Source: Centroscyllium fabricii (Eukaryota). Taken from it: DNA of 64,000 nucleotides. The stretch's first letter is position 1; every line of letters begins with the position of its first letter. The position numbers and the translations under genes were made by a program. Shown here piece by piece: positions 12,863 through 24,351 of the stretch. Under the pieces are notes generated by a model. The model did not search any database, was not told where the DNA came from, and saw only the letters and a list, made by a program, of their open reading frames with translations. The DNA lies in the NCBI GenBank assembly GCA_051313645.2, contig JBNRSN020000013.1, positions 558,001 to 622,000 of the forward strand, given 5' to 3'.

Positions 12863-14142
12863 AGGAAGGCGGGGGGAGGTGGGCGGGAACAAAGAAGACA
12901 GCACAAAGAGAAAAGACTTAGAGTGGTATTCAAAATAGACGAGATACTGTGGACAGGAGACAGTTGTTAATTAGGTGTGAAAAACACTGGCATAACGGGA
13001 GGTGGCTGCCACGATAGAGAAAAGAAAGGCCAAATAAACATTGTGGATAAAAAGAGGTAAAAATATAATGTGGGCCAGAGTTATGATCTGAAATTGTTGA
13101 ACTCGATATTGAGTCCGGAGGGCTGTAAAGTGCCTAATCGGAAGATGAGGTGTTGTTCCTCAAGTTTATGTTGAGCTTCTGAGGAGCAATGTAATAGGTC
13201 AAGGACAGAGAGATCAGAGTAGGAGTGAAGCGGAGAATTAAAGTGACAGGCGACTGAGAGCCATTATTCAGTGCCTAATTGCTGTCAATGTTGCCCAGAG
13301 GTCTGTTCCCACTGACATTTGAGGCAGTGCCTATCAGCAGGGGCAAGGTTACAGCAGCCATGCACATGTCTATTGCCTTTGAGGTCCATACAAGGTCTGG
13401 TTGCAGTGGATCCGATTGCAGAGCCATCTCATGACTCAGCACAAGGAGCCAGAGAGTCACCTCAGTCCCAAGAGATCCCCCTTACACCTGGATACACAGG
13501 GTCACAGCCTAACATCGGAGACTTCACATGGCCTGTTAGAGGCAGAGCCTCTCCCTGCCTCAAATATGGCCATCCGCAAAGGTGGGAGTGAGGATTCCCC
13601 ACATCAGGAATTCGCCTACCTCAGGTCCTCGGTGGGACCAGGCATATGGTGGGCAGTGCAGACCTCTCGCACCAGGGGCAAAAGTGGCCCCCACCAATAG
13701 GCAAGGCTGGGATTGAGGCCTGAACCCCCAAATGTCTTTTTTTTAAATTGGGTACAGTGGCCCCCCTTACAAAGGGATCTTCAATGTGATAGTTATATCT
13801 TCTTTCCAGTTGGGAGCCTGACATTCCCCATACCGGCCGGGCCACTTCTGCCGGACCCTCTGGTATCTTCAAAATGGCGGGCATCCCAGATATGCCCTTA
13901 ATAGCACAGGAACCCACCAATGGCGGGCAGATCTAGGAACCTCCTCCTGACCTCATAAAGTCTTCCGGGGTCAGCGTCAAAACTTCCAGCATCTTGGCAT
14001 TTATGCCTCACTGTCACCAAGGGGAAGCAGCAGGGCAACAGGCACTCAAACATACATGAATCACTTATAAAGCATTACATTTGATTGAAATTTAATTCAA
14101 TTGTGTCAAATAGAATCAATGGTAGGTGAATTAGTGATGCGG

Positions 14143-15900
14143 TGTAAGGGGTTGGCGCCGTGTTTATACGCGACTTGGGGTCCTTATTGCCTTGCTCTAG
14201 CCACCGGCCAGGCCTCGCGCAATAATCCTCCTCCCCGTGAGTGGTTCGAATCGCTCACCCTTACGGTTCTCTACGCTGGACTTAGATGCAGGAAGAGAGA
14301 TGCAGAGACTGGACTCGTTTGGCCTTGGTAGAAGTTCAAAATCGATCCTTATTATAGCAGATCACAGGTTTACACATATCAGTCATGGAACTTATATGTC
14401 CTGTACTAAAATAGCATAAAATATAAACATTCGTAGCCAAATATATACCCGACATACGCGATTATCTTACAAAAATGGGGAACACACGACACATCGAAAA
14501 AGGGCCAACACTCTATAGATTGCCCAAATAAACCACCCTCCCCTCTATTGCCTAGCTATGTCCAGGTGTGTAGGATCGGGGCACATGCTCACGACTCGGT
14601 CAAACTCGGGGTCTGCTACGAAGTTCTCGTCCTTCGGCTGCAGCGTTGGTCGTCACGTGGCTGTGGAAGATTCGGGGGGGCCCACTCGTTTACTTCTCCC
14701 TCTTGGCGGCGGCTGGGTCTGCTCGGGCTGGCCCCGGGCAGGTTTCTTAAGGTTTTTCTACCTTTCAACTTAGCTGCCGATCTAATGGATTCTGAGCCCA
14801 ACTCTCCAGTGCCTCGTTTTGCTTCTTTATCTTGAACTGTACGACTGAACCATCTTGTCCAGCCACCTTCAGGTTTAAGGCGAGTAACTTGGCGCTACGG
14901 GGCCTCCAGCACTTTCTGCCCTGTACCCCGGTGCCTGCAACTGGTTTCTCTCTCTCCCTTGACGCGGACAAAGAGTCCTACAGCTGCAAGTAACTTGCTC
15001 TACGTGGCCCAGCAACCAACTACCTCTCCAGCGATGGTCTCAGTCCTGATGCGATACCACTTCTCCTGCGATAGTCACAACCCTGACCCAGCTTTACTGC
15101 CCTGCCAGAAACTGCACCCTCGCTCACCCTGCACCCTGAGATCTGAACGGGAGCCTCCGAAGAGAGCCCACCAAAGTCACTGCTACCTTCAGTCCAAACA
15201 GCTCCTTTCAAGAGCTTCCTCAAGAGCAAGATTCCAAGAGTGTTCCAGGGATAAGAAGAAGAGTCATAAGAGTCATCCGTGTAAAATGTCTTTCAGTTAT
15301 ACTAAAATGCTGTGGGCTTATGTCCCGCCCAAATCGTTGAATGTTTTGTGCTATTAAAACGGTTTTACTGTCTTCATTGTCCAGCCAACCTGTTGGGGAT
15401 GGCCTGAGAACAGCCTTAACTGCGTCTGTGAGCGTTTCTATTGTCTAGAAAGGGTGCAAATGGTTTACCGATAACACTGCTGTACAAATCCTGAGTCTGG
15501 CCATTTGGGCCAGTTAATCGATCTTTTGCAGTATCGTATATGTCTATTAACAGGGTGCTTCTTTATTGTTGGGCTAAACGGTTCTGGGGGGGTGCTGGTC
15601 AGTTCTTTACAACCAAGTGTTGTTTTTCAGCGCCTCCATGTCTGGGTTTTCGCGGGCTTTTTGCAGGACTGGAAAACTATGTATGCAGTTTCGTTTAGTG
15701 GCAGCTAAGTTTATTCCAATGTCTCGGGAGCTCTGGCCGTCTTATCACGTGGTCCGGTGGCCATCTTTTGGGGCCCCCTTTCCTTTCTTTCCTTTCATCA
15801 AGCCGCAGCCTGTTTTCCTCTGCTGCTATGGCTCAATAAAATGTTCAATTAAACCAGGTGTCTCTTGTCCTTTATGAATCGGGAATATTGCGACCTTACA
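14143..15900. mobile_element. Long solo LTR, 1758 bp
   Basis: Perfect terminal inverted repeat TGTAAGG...CCTTACA. Flanks GCGG/GCAG fit a 4-bp TSD with one CpG-type change. No gag or pol. Orientation ambiguous: + strand has TATAAA at 14422 and AATAAA at 15835; - strand has TATAA at ~15301. Confidence 0.75.
14825..14875 (-). pseudogene. SUMO2/3-derived coding fragment, 17 codons ([17 protein letters not shown])
   Basis: Matches the recalled vertebrate SUMO2/3 segment [20 protein letters not shown] over 17 residues. Flanking sequence is unrelated to SUMO. Confidence 0.85.
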
Positions 15901-16004
15901 GCAGCCAATGTTGATGAGGGTGCATTTAATTGCTGCATTGAGCACATCTGAAGGGCTGTAATACATTAGGCAGATGTCATACATAGCTGAAGGTCTCACA
16001 TAAG

Positions 16005-16270
16005 ACATGAGAAATTGGAGCAGAAATAGGCCACTTGGCCCTTCGAGCCTATTCCTCCATTCAATAAGATCACGGCTGATCTTCTACCTCATCTCCACTT
16101 TCCTGCACTATCCCCTTATCCCTCGATTCCCTTAATATCCAAAAATCTATCGATCTCTTAATATACTCAACAACTGAGCCTCCACAGCCCTCTGGGGTAG
16201 TGAATTCCAAAGATTCACAACCCTTTGAGTGAAGAAATTTCTCCTCATCTCATTCTGAGACTGTGACGCT
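16005..16270 (-). mobile_element. CR1 3'-end fragment
   Basis: Reverse complement of the CR1 tail and of the EMRRNFFTQRVV coding end. Confidence 0.75.
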
Positions 16271-16683
16271 TAATTCTCACCAATGAAGGTCTGCCATCTG
16301 GCTCTTGTTTCCTGCCCGTAGCTCAGCAGAAGGTACTAGAGAAGTCTTGAAGCAGTTTCCTGCTTCAAGTCTTTGTCTCTGCTTTTGGTTATGAGTTGGT
16401 GCCCTCCACTTCCACCTGCTCTATGCTTATCCCTCTTTCGATGACAAACCTGTTGAGTATGCCCCTGTGCAGCGCCTAGGGACGTTTTACTATGTTAAAG
16501 ACGCTATATAAATGCAAGTGGTTGTTATTGTTGTATGCAGCAGTCTGTGAAGAACGTGGAGATCTTGGTGGTGTTGTGTTCAAGGATACCTCCAATCTGT
16601 CCAATCACCTGAAGAACTACTTCAAGACTTCTCTAGTACCTTTGATATCGATCCTGATGACCCACAGTGTATCTCCTTTTTTT

Positions 16684-17155
16684 AATTCATTGATGGGATG
16701 TGGGCATCGCTGGCTGGCTAGGCCTGCATTTTAGTGCCCATCCCTAATTGCCCTTGAGAAGATGGTGGTGAGCCACCTTCTTGAACCGCTGCAGTCTTAT
16801 TGTTTTTCGTAGCGTTTGTTTACAACTGAGTGGCTTGCTAGGCCATTTCAGAGGGCATTAAGAGTCAACCATATTGCTGTGGGTCTGGAGTCACATGTAG
16901 GCCAGACCAGGTAAGGACGGCAGATTTCCTTCCCTGAAGGACATTAGTGAACCAGATGGGTTTTTGCAACAATCGGCAATGGTATCATGGTCGCCATTAC
17001 TAAGACTAACATTTAATTCCAGAATTAAATTGAATTGAATTTAAATTCCACCAGCTGCTGTGGTGGGATTTGAACCCATATCATCAGACATTTGACTGAG
17101 CCTCTGGCTTACTAGTCTAGTGACATAACCACTACGCCACCGCCACCGCCTCCTC
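16684..17155 (-). mobile_element. tRNA-derived SINE with LINE-like tail
   Basis: Minus strand shows A-box GGTGGCGTAGTGGTT and B-box GGGTTCAAATCCC. A related tail occurs at 42258-42316. Confidence 0.65.
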
Positions 17156-17164
17156 TCTGGGGTA

Positions 17165-17520
17165 TGGGATTGAGTGCAAAAGCCTGTATGGCCACATGTG
17201 TGCTATCAATGGTGCCTTGGAATTTGGGTGATCAGCCACATAAAGAAATTGAACAACCTTCCTATTCTGCTGCCAGTTGCCCTTTGGGGAAAGTAATGGA
17301 TTTGTTTGCATGTCAGTCATCTGCTTCACGCATCTTTGAACTGCGGATTGATTGATAGTGCTGATGACCCCTGCAGCAGCTTGAAATGAGCCAGGTGCAT
17401 TAAAGCTCAGGGCTGTCATAACCTTGACAGCCACCAGCAGTACCACCATTTGGCAGAGGGCGGCTGGAAATCAGATTCTGGGGGTGAACACCGTTCTATT
17501 GCTGTCTCCTTCATGGAGTC
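17165..17520 (-). pseudogene. PIF/Harbinger (HARBI1-like) transposase remnant
   Basis: VKVMTALSFNAPGSFQ...INQSAVQRCVKQMTD, and in another frame GTIDSTHVAI (GAIDGTH-like motif). Confidence 0.75.
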
Positions 17521-18032
17521 TATGAAGGCAGCTTGCCTTCATTATTGCAAGGTACACATGCCTCTGCTTGCAGATACAGCTTTGTGTTAAGGCAGGTAAG
17601 TGCAGTCCACCTCTGAGGCAATCTGATCTGCCTCACATCCTTTTCATTCTCTTGTGGCTCTACTAAATGACACAAAAAGACTGGAATCGCCATTGGTAGG
17701 TTAATTTTCAAAATTATATTGCAGCAACTAAAAATCTGGCAGCTAAATGTCTGGGCCAAAAACCTCAAAAAATGGTCCAAAATTTGAAAAACACCGAGCA
17801 CAAAGCTAAAAATATGCCATTTTCTGAGATTAGCAAGTTGGCTTGGTGACTGTCGCTGCTGTACCTGGAATGGTGCAGGCCATTGTGGGTTTCCGCACCA
17901 CTATTGCAGCCGTACTATTTTTTATGTGGAGATGCCAGTGTTGGACTGGGGTGGACAAATGTAAGAAGTCACACAACACCAGGTTACAGTCCAACAGCTT
18001 TATTTGAAATCACAAGCTTTCGGAGCGCCGCT

Positions 18033-18685
18033 TCACTAGGTTAATCCCGGGGATGAGGAGGCTGACACATGACGAGAGGCTGAGTAGATTGGGCCTCTAC
18101 TCATTGGAGTTCAGAAGAATGAGAGGCAATCTTATTGAAACATATACGATTGTAAAGGGGCTTAATCGGGTGGATGCGGTGAGGATGTTCCCAATGGTGG
18201 GTGAAACTAGGACTAGGGGGCATAATCTTAAAATAAGGGGCTGCCCTTTCAAAACTGAGATGAGGAGAAACTTCTTCACTCAGAGGGTGGTGGGGCTGTG
18301 GAATTTACTGCCCCAGAGAGCTGTGGAAGCTACTACATTGAATAAACTTAAAACAGAGATAGGCAGTTGCCTAGAAGTAAAGGGAATTAGGGGTTACGGT
18401 GAGTGGGCAGGTAAGTGGACGTAAGGCTGGGTTTCCTGATCACCTGCACGAGTTTCGATCGCTTAGATGGGTCGGAGAGGAATTTCCCAATTTTTTTCTC
18501 CCAAATTGGCCACTGGGTTTTTTATCTGGTTTTTCGCCTCTCCCGGGAGATCACATGGGTTCGGGCGGGATGGAGAGTGAAAATAGATTTGAGGTTAGGA
18601 TCAGATCAGCCATGATCTTGTTGAATGGCGGAGCGAGCTCGAGGGGCCGATTGGCCGACTCCTGCTCCTATTTCTTATGTTCTTA
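18033..18685 (+). mobile_element. CR1 LINE 3' fragment inserted in the centre of a PLE-derived palindrome (arms 17924-18032 and 18686-18719)
   Basis: CR1 C-terminal coding sequence and tail. Inverted arms AAGTCACACAACACCAGGTTACAGTCCAACAGCTTTAT and ATAAAGCTGTTGGACTATAACCTGGTGTGTGACTT. Confidence 0.85.
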
Positions 18686-18719
18686 TAAAGCTGTTGGACT
18701 ATAACCTGGTGTGTGACTT

Positions 18720-21700
18720 TGTGGCGGCACGCCCACTAGGACACCGAATCCGCCACGGGAACACCGCGGGGCATGGCCCCGCTCATCCGGGTGACGCAAT
18801 GACGTCACCACGACTTCCGGCGTGATGACGTCACCAACGGCGGGCAGTTTAAATAAGCCTGCTTCGAGTGGTTCACTCTCTTCTTGTGTTACTGTGATGC
18901 ATTAAACAAGTGTTTTCTCTAGCTCTCTGGCTCACGCGTGGTTTCTAGGCCTTGCTGGCGCTACAGTGGTGACCCCGAATTGGAACGACTTCCAAAGAAA
19001 AAAAGCTGCCGCAGGATCAAGGATCACCAGCCTAAGGACACTTTAAAACGGAAAGCATGGCTGCAAGAGCAAGGAACCAAGCTCCACGAACCCAAGGACT
19101 TGGCCAGAACTGCGGGCACAGACTTACCCTGCCAGAGTTCTGGGAGCAACGGCCAGCGGCCTGGTTTATGTGTATCGAAACCAGCTGCCGCACACATGGC
19201 ATCCAGGGGGACGACCGCTACGACCTGGTCTTCTCAGCCCTACCGCAATCGACGATCGATCGGATGTGGTCCAAACTACAGCGTGTGCCCACTACAGGCA
19301 GGTACGAGTCCCTCAAGGCCGCGCTCATAATTTTTTTTACCCCCTCTCAATTCGAGCGTGACTGCCAGCTCCTTAACCTCCCCGAACTCGGGGACGCAGA
19401 CCCATCAGACCTTTTGGGTCAGATGCAAGCGCTCACCGCCAACCCCGCCTCCCTGTTCCGCACCGTTTTCCTCCTCAAACTACCCCGCTCCATCAGACCG
19501 GCCCTGGCGGCCCTTGGCCAGGGGAGCGACGACGAGCTCGCTGAGGAAGCCGACAGGCTCATGGCGGCAGAGCGCACCCACTCAACCACGTGCGACCCTA
19601 ACGCCGCATCTATAGAGCGCAACCAATCGCCACCCAGGCCTAACTTCATGCCTGAACCTAGGGCCCCGCGCCCACCCAGACAACCGCGTCCCTCTAGCAC
19701 CGGCTGGTGCTACTACCACACGCGGTTCGATAATAAAGCGCACCGCTGCGTCCAGCCATGCGCATTCAAGCCACGGCCCACCCCAGCCCCCACTATGTCT
19801 GTAGGACACACCGGAGCACTGCTCTTTGTCACAGACAGCGGCACAGGCCTCAGGTTCCTCTGCGACACAGGCGCACAGCACAGCATCGTGCCAGCCTCCC
19901 CAGCAGAAGCCAAACAAGGCACCCGGGGCCTGCCACTCGCAGCGGCCAACGGCTCCAATATTAAAACGTACGGCACCCGCAAGCTCACGATTAAACTTGC
20001 AGGCCACACGTATAACTGGGACTTTGTAACAGCCCAGGTCACTTCACCCCTCCTCGGAGCAGATTTCCTCTGCGCCCACGGCCTGCTGGTCGACATGACC
20101 CGGCGCCGCTTGGTCGACATCAATAACATGTCGACCATCCCATGCTCCACAGGGCCTGCACTCCTGGCCCACGCGGCTGCCCAATGCCGCTCTCGGAACT
20201 CCGATGCCTACGGCACACTCTTAGCAGAGTTCCCCACCCTAACCAACCCCACGTTCACCGCCCGCCGGGCCAAACACGGGGTAGAACATTTTATAACCAC
20301 CACAGGCCCTCCCGTCCATGCCCACGCCCGCAGGCTCGACCCGGCCAAACAGGAGATCGCGCGCACTGAGTTCCGCACCATGGAGCAACTCGGTATAATC
20401 CGCCGCTCCAACAGCCCCTGGGCCTCTCCTCTCCACATAGCCCCCAAGCCGGGCGGGGGTTGGCGCCCCTGCGGCGACTACCGCCGCCTAAACAATGCCA
20501 CCACCCCGGATAGGTACCCCGTACCCCACATCCAGGATTTTTCCGCCAGACTAGCGGGCTGCACGATCTTCTCCAAGATCGACCTGGTGCGTGGCTACCA
20601 CCAGGTTCCGGTGCACCCGGTGGACATTCCTAAGACGGCCGTTATCACTCCCTTTGGACTCTTCGAGTTTCTCAGGATGCCCTTCGGCCTTAAAAACGCG
20701 GCCCAGGCCTTCCAGCGCCTCATGGACTCGGTCCTACGGGTCTTGACGTTCATTTTCGTCTACCTGGACGACATCCTCGTGGCCAGCACCTCCCCCCAGG
20801 AACACCTCCTGCACCTCAGGACCCTGTTCCAGCGCCTGGTCGAACACGGCCTAATATTAAGCCCCACTAAGTGTAAATTCGGCCTCCAAATCATTGACTT
20901 CCTCGGCCACCGCATTTCCCAAACCGGGGCCATACCCCTGCCCTCCAAGGTGCAGGCGGTCCAGGAATTTCCCCGCCCGCACTCCATTAAGGGGCTGCAG
21001 GAATTTCTGGAGATGGTCAATTTTTACAACCGCTTTATCCCGGGAGCAGCTGCTCTCATGGCCCCCTTATACCAGGCCACACGCGGGCAGTCCGGCAAAA
21101 CTGCGGTAGAGTGGACGGCCGACGCCGCCACCGCCACCAAAACCGCCCTGGCTAACGCCACCCTCCTAGCCCACCCTAGGCCCAACGCCAGAGTAGCCCT
21201 CACCACTGACGCCTCCGACCACGCGGTCGGGGCCGTATTTGAGCAGTGGACCGGCAACTCGTGGCAGCCCCTGGCCTTTTTCAGCCGGCAGCTCCGGCCC
21301 CCAGAGGTCAAGTACAGCGCCTTCGATAGGGAGCTCCTCGCTCTCCATCTGGCAGTGCGACATTTTCGCTTCCTCCTGGAGGGCCGCCACTTCACAGCCT
21401 TCGTCGACCATAAGCCACTCACCTTCGCGATGGCTAAGGTCGCCGAACCCTGGTCGGCCAGGCAGCAGCGCCAGCTCGCGGCCGTGTCGGAGTTCACGAC
21501 CGACATTCAGCACATTTCCGGCCGCGACAACGTGGTCGCTGACTGCCTCTCACGCCCCACTATTAACGCCGCCCAAATGGCGGTCGATTACGCCCAGCTG
21601 GCAGCAGACCAGCTGGCCGACCCTGACCTGCTCAACCCAGCAGCAAACCTCCCCGGCCTCCACTTGGCCAAAATCGCGCACGGCCCCGCTGCCACCGTCG

Positions 21701-23166
21701 TCTGCTGCGACGTGTTCCTGCCGCAGCCCAGGCCCGTCGTCCCCCACGCATGGAGGCGACACATTTTCAAGACCCTCCACGACCTGTCCCACCCCGGCAC
21801 CCGCGCGTCGATTAAACTAATCTCGGCCCGGTTCGTATGGCGCGGCCTGCGCAAAGACGTCCGCGCCTGGGCCAACTCCTGCATTGCCTGCCAGCGCTCC
21901 AAAGTGCATAAGCACATCAGGGCACCGCTGGAAACATTTACAGTGCCGGCCAGACGCTTTGACCACGTCCATATCGATCTCGTCGGGCCACTACCGCCAT
22001 CCCGGGGCCACACGCATGTAATGACCATGGTCGACCGCAACACTCGCTGGCTAGAAGCAGTCCTCCTCGCTGCCACCGGCACCACGGACTTGGTCAGGGC
22101 GTTCATCGCCACCTGGGTCGCCCGCTTCGGCGTGCCCACCGACATCACCTCCGACAGAGGACCCCAGTTTACGTCAGCACTATGGGCAGCCATCGCCCGC
22201 GACCTCGGGGTAACCTTGCATCGAACCACCGCATACCACCCACAAGCTAACGGGCTCTGCGAACGGTTCCACCGCTCTATGAAAGCATCACTGAGAGCCA
22301 CCCTCAAAGATGCGTCTTGGACCGACCGTCTCCCATGGGTCCTCCTCGGGCTGCGCTCAGCAGTCAAAGAGGACCTAAACACCTCGGCAGCAGAACTCGT
22401 CTACGGCCAAGCCCTAACAGTGCCGGGCGAATTTCTAGCCGAGCCAAACGCTCCCTGGTCAGCCGACCAGTATCTAAAGGACTTTGCCAACCCGGCACGA
22501 GCTTTCCAACCACTACCAGTGGCCCGGCACGGAGAGCCGGCAGCACGAGTACCGGACGGCATTAAAAATGTAAAAATTTGTGTTCGTCCGGCGCGACGGA
22601 CACCGATCACCGCTACAGCCACCATACGATGGCCCCTATAGAGTGCTTCGGGCGGGAGCTAAAGCTTTCCAGCTTCAAATGGGCAACAGAACAGAAACGG
22701 TTTCAATAGACCGGCTCAAGCCGGCACACGTTATAGCGGGCGAGACGACAGTCCCCGCACAACCACCGCAACGCGGACGCCCTCCCGCAACAACACCCGC
22801 CCACACTCCACCGCAGAACCAGGAACAACGCACAACACGGGCCGGCCGCATCATCCGGCCACCCCAACGACTCACATAGACTCTTTTTTATTCTCCCGGA
22901 CAGATTCTGGGGGGGAGCTGTGTGGCGGCACGCCCACTAGGACACCGAATCTGCCACGGGAACACCGCGGGGCATGGCCCCGCTCATCCGGGTGACACGA
23001 TGACTTCACCACGACTACCGGCGTGATGACGTCACCAACGGCGGGCAGTTTAAATAAGCCTGCTTCGAGTGGTTCACTCTCTTCTTGTGTAACAGTAATG
23101 TATTAAACAAGTGTTTTCTCTAGCTCTCTGGCTCACGCGTGGTTTCTAGGCCTTGCTGGCGCTACA
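18720..23166 (+). mobile_element. Full-length Gypsy/Ty3 LTR retrotransposon, 4447 bp
   Basis: 246-bp LTRs at 18720-18965 and 22921-23166 (TG...CA). TSD ACTT. PBS TGGTGACCCCGA at 18967 (tRNA-Trp type). G-run PPT at 22909-22917. Confidence 0.97.
19057..22641 (+). CDS. Gag-Pol polyprotein (Gag, PR, RT, RNase H, IN); C-terminus frameshifted into 22580-22879
   Basis: [10 protein letters not shown]; [22 protein letters not shown]; RNase H TTDASD, ELLA, DHKPL; IN HHCC, IDLVG, SDRG, CERFH. The integrase tail (PYDGPYRV) is in another frame. Confidence 0.95.
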   Translation: MAARARNQAPRTQGLGQNCGHRLTLPEFWEQRPAAWFMCIETSCRTHGIQGDDRYDLVFSALPQSTIDRMWSKLQRVPTTGRYESLKAALIIFFTPSQFERDCQLLNLPELGDADPSDLLGQMQALTANPASLFRTVFLLKLPRSIRPALAALGQGSDDELAEEADRLMAAERTHSTTCDPNAASIERNQSPPRPNFMPEPRAPRPPRQPRPSSTGWCYYHTRFDNKAHRCVQPCAFKPRPTPAPTMSVGHTGALLFVTDSGTGLRFLCDTGAQHSIVPASPAEAKQGTRGLPLAAANGSNIKTYGTRKLTIKLAGHTYNWDFVTAQVTSPLLGADFLCAHGLLVDMTRRRLVDINNMSTIPCSTGPALLAHAAAQCRSRNSDAYGTLLAEFPTLTNPTFTARRAKHGVEHFITTTGPPVHAHARRLDPAKQEIARTEFRTMEQLGIIRRSNSPWASPLHIAPKPGGGWRPCGDYRRLNNATTPDRYPVPHIQDFSARLAGCTIFSKIDLVRGYHQVPVHPVDIPKTAVITPFGLFEFLRMPFGLKNAAQAFQRLMDSVLRVLTFIFVYLDDILVASTSPQEHLLHLRTLFQRLVEHGLILSPTKCKFGLQIIDFLGHRISQTGAIPLPSKVQAVQEFPRPHSIKGLQEFLEMVNFYNRFIPGAAALMAPLYQATRGQSGKTAVEWTADAATATKTALANATLLAHPRPNARVALTTDASDHAVGAVFEQWTGNSWQPLAFFSRQLRPPEVKYSAFDRELLALHLAVRHFRFLLEGRHFTAFVDHKPLTFAMAKVAEPWSARQQRQLAAVSEFTTDIQHISGRDNVVADCLSRPTINAAQMAVDYAQLAADQLADPDLLNPAANLPGLHLAKIAHGPAATVVCCDVFLPQPRPVVPHAWRRHIFKTLHDLSHPGTRASIKLISARFVWRGLRKDVRAWANSCIACQRSKVHKHIRAPLETFTVPARRFDHVHIDLVGPLPPSRGHTHVMTMVDRNTRWLEAVLLAATGTTDLVRAFIATWVARFGVPTDITSDRGPQFTSALWAAIARDLGVTLHRTTAYHPQANGLCERFHRSMKASLRATLKDASWTDRLPWVLLGLRSAVKEDLNTSAAELVYGQALTVPGEFLAEPNAPWSADQYLKDFANPARAFQPLPVARHGEPAARVPDGIKNVKICVRPARRTPITATATIRWPL

Positions 23167-23319
23167 ACTTAGTATATTACTATTTTTTGCTGTTGGAAAG
23201 CACTTCAGTGAAAAGGAGGGCGTTCAGTTCGATGTGGGGAGAAACAATACCCAAAACAGTGAGCAAAGGCACTCAATTGCAAGGAACCCAAACATTGCCA
23301 TAACATTTGCAAGTGCCAT

Positions 23320-23960
23320 GTGACCACACGTCACGTGATCAAACGTCTCATCATCTGACCTCCAGGCACACGTCCAACCAGAATTGCCAGGCCTGCTGGA
23401 AACACGAGGCCACATTTGCATGGATGCTGTAATTTATGGTTTGTGCAACAAAACCCCGATCTTTTGATTTGGCCCCGGCCCCGACCCCGACCCCGACAGG
23501 GTTAAGCAGCGCGTTCACTTTTCCCGCTCGCGCCCGGGCGCGCATAGATCACGTGGGCAGAAGCGCTGCGGGGTGCGGCGTGTGCACGTAAGTCGGTGAC
23601 GCGCAACGTGCGCAGGATTCGGTGACGTAGAGCTCAGTTCCCCACCCCACCCCCTCGGTTGACGAAGGAGTGGGGCGGTCCGAGTGCCGCTTGACAATAC
23701 AAAGAGCCGGAAATGAGCGGGCTGGCGGCGGTCTGACTGACTCTCCTTCTCCTTCTGCCGGTGCGCCGCCTAACCCATAGCGAAGCAAACGTGTCGGGAG
23801 CTGCGTTGTTCCTGGAAAGGGGGGACAGACAGATAGAGAGAGAGAGAAAGAGGAAGCAAGTCGGTGTCTGGGCTGAAGTGAGTTTTATTTCCACAGAGTG
23901 ACGGTTGGGCCGTTTGCCTGCCGTCAGCGGGCAGCAGACTCGGTAAGGTCAGTGCGCATG
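23320..23960 (+). promoter_or_regulatory. CpG-island promoter, probably of the CAB39-family gene
   Basis: CpG-rich sequence with no recognisable repeat. E-boxes GTCACGTGA (23330) and CACGTG (23550), CRE half-sites TGACG (~23597, 23623), GC box GGGGCGG (23672), ETS site CCGGAA (23707), NRF1-like TGCGCATGC (23953). Confidence 0.7.
23720..23942 (+). other. Putative non-coding exon 1 (start approximate)
   Basis: Lies at the 3' side of the CpG island and ends in a strong donor CG|GTAAGG at 23943. No ATG seen. Confidence 0.5.
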
Positions 23961-24351
23961 CTCGCCATGTACCTGTCAATCAGCAGCGACCAGAAGAGTT
24001 TGTGCAATTCAATGTTTCTCGCTCAGTGCTGCATCCAGGTCCCCAGACGCCTTCTATTGCGATAGCAAAATACTGCGGCTGCTGGACGTCTTCTATTGCA
24101 TTGCTTTTGGTTGGATTTGCCGCAGATGTGCTACGGTTGCGAGGACAACTGCTCCTTCCCTCGCAACTTTTGCTTATTTTCTGTAATATTAATTGACTTG
24201 CATCAGAATGCATGGCGCATTAAAAAATATATATAGTTCTGTGGACCATGCCAACTCCTTTCATAGCAACAAGATAGGAGCAGGACCATTCGGCCCCTTG
24301 AGCCTGCTCCGCCGTTCAATGAGATCATGGCTGATCATCCAAACTCAGTAC

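Larger units (their letters stand above)
1357..13255 (-). mobile_element. Penelope-like retroelement (PLE) with direct terminal repeat, interrupted by nested insertions
   Basis: Terminal repeat 1357-~1800 recurs almost identically at ~11968-12026 plus 12862-13250. ORF pieces lie at 11826-11770, 11060-10580 and 3810-1714. Confidence 0.85.

Noticed and set aside
13260-14000. Possible old transposon remnant
   Set aside because: No diagnostic motif could be read with confidence.
14765-14971. A functional SUMO gene or full processed pseudogene
   Set aside because: Only 17 codons match. No ATG start, no C-terminal di-glycine, no poly(A), and no matching splice structure.
21588-22382. Long antisense ORFs over pol (also 2509-3153, 47308-47868, 49358-49972)
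   Set aside because: Shadow frames of GC-rich retroelement sequence with no recognisable domains.
23877-23896. GTGAGT...CCACAG micro-intron in exon 1
   Set aside because: About 20 nt is too short for a spliceosomal intron. At most these are alternative splice sites.
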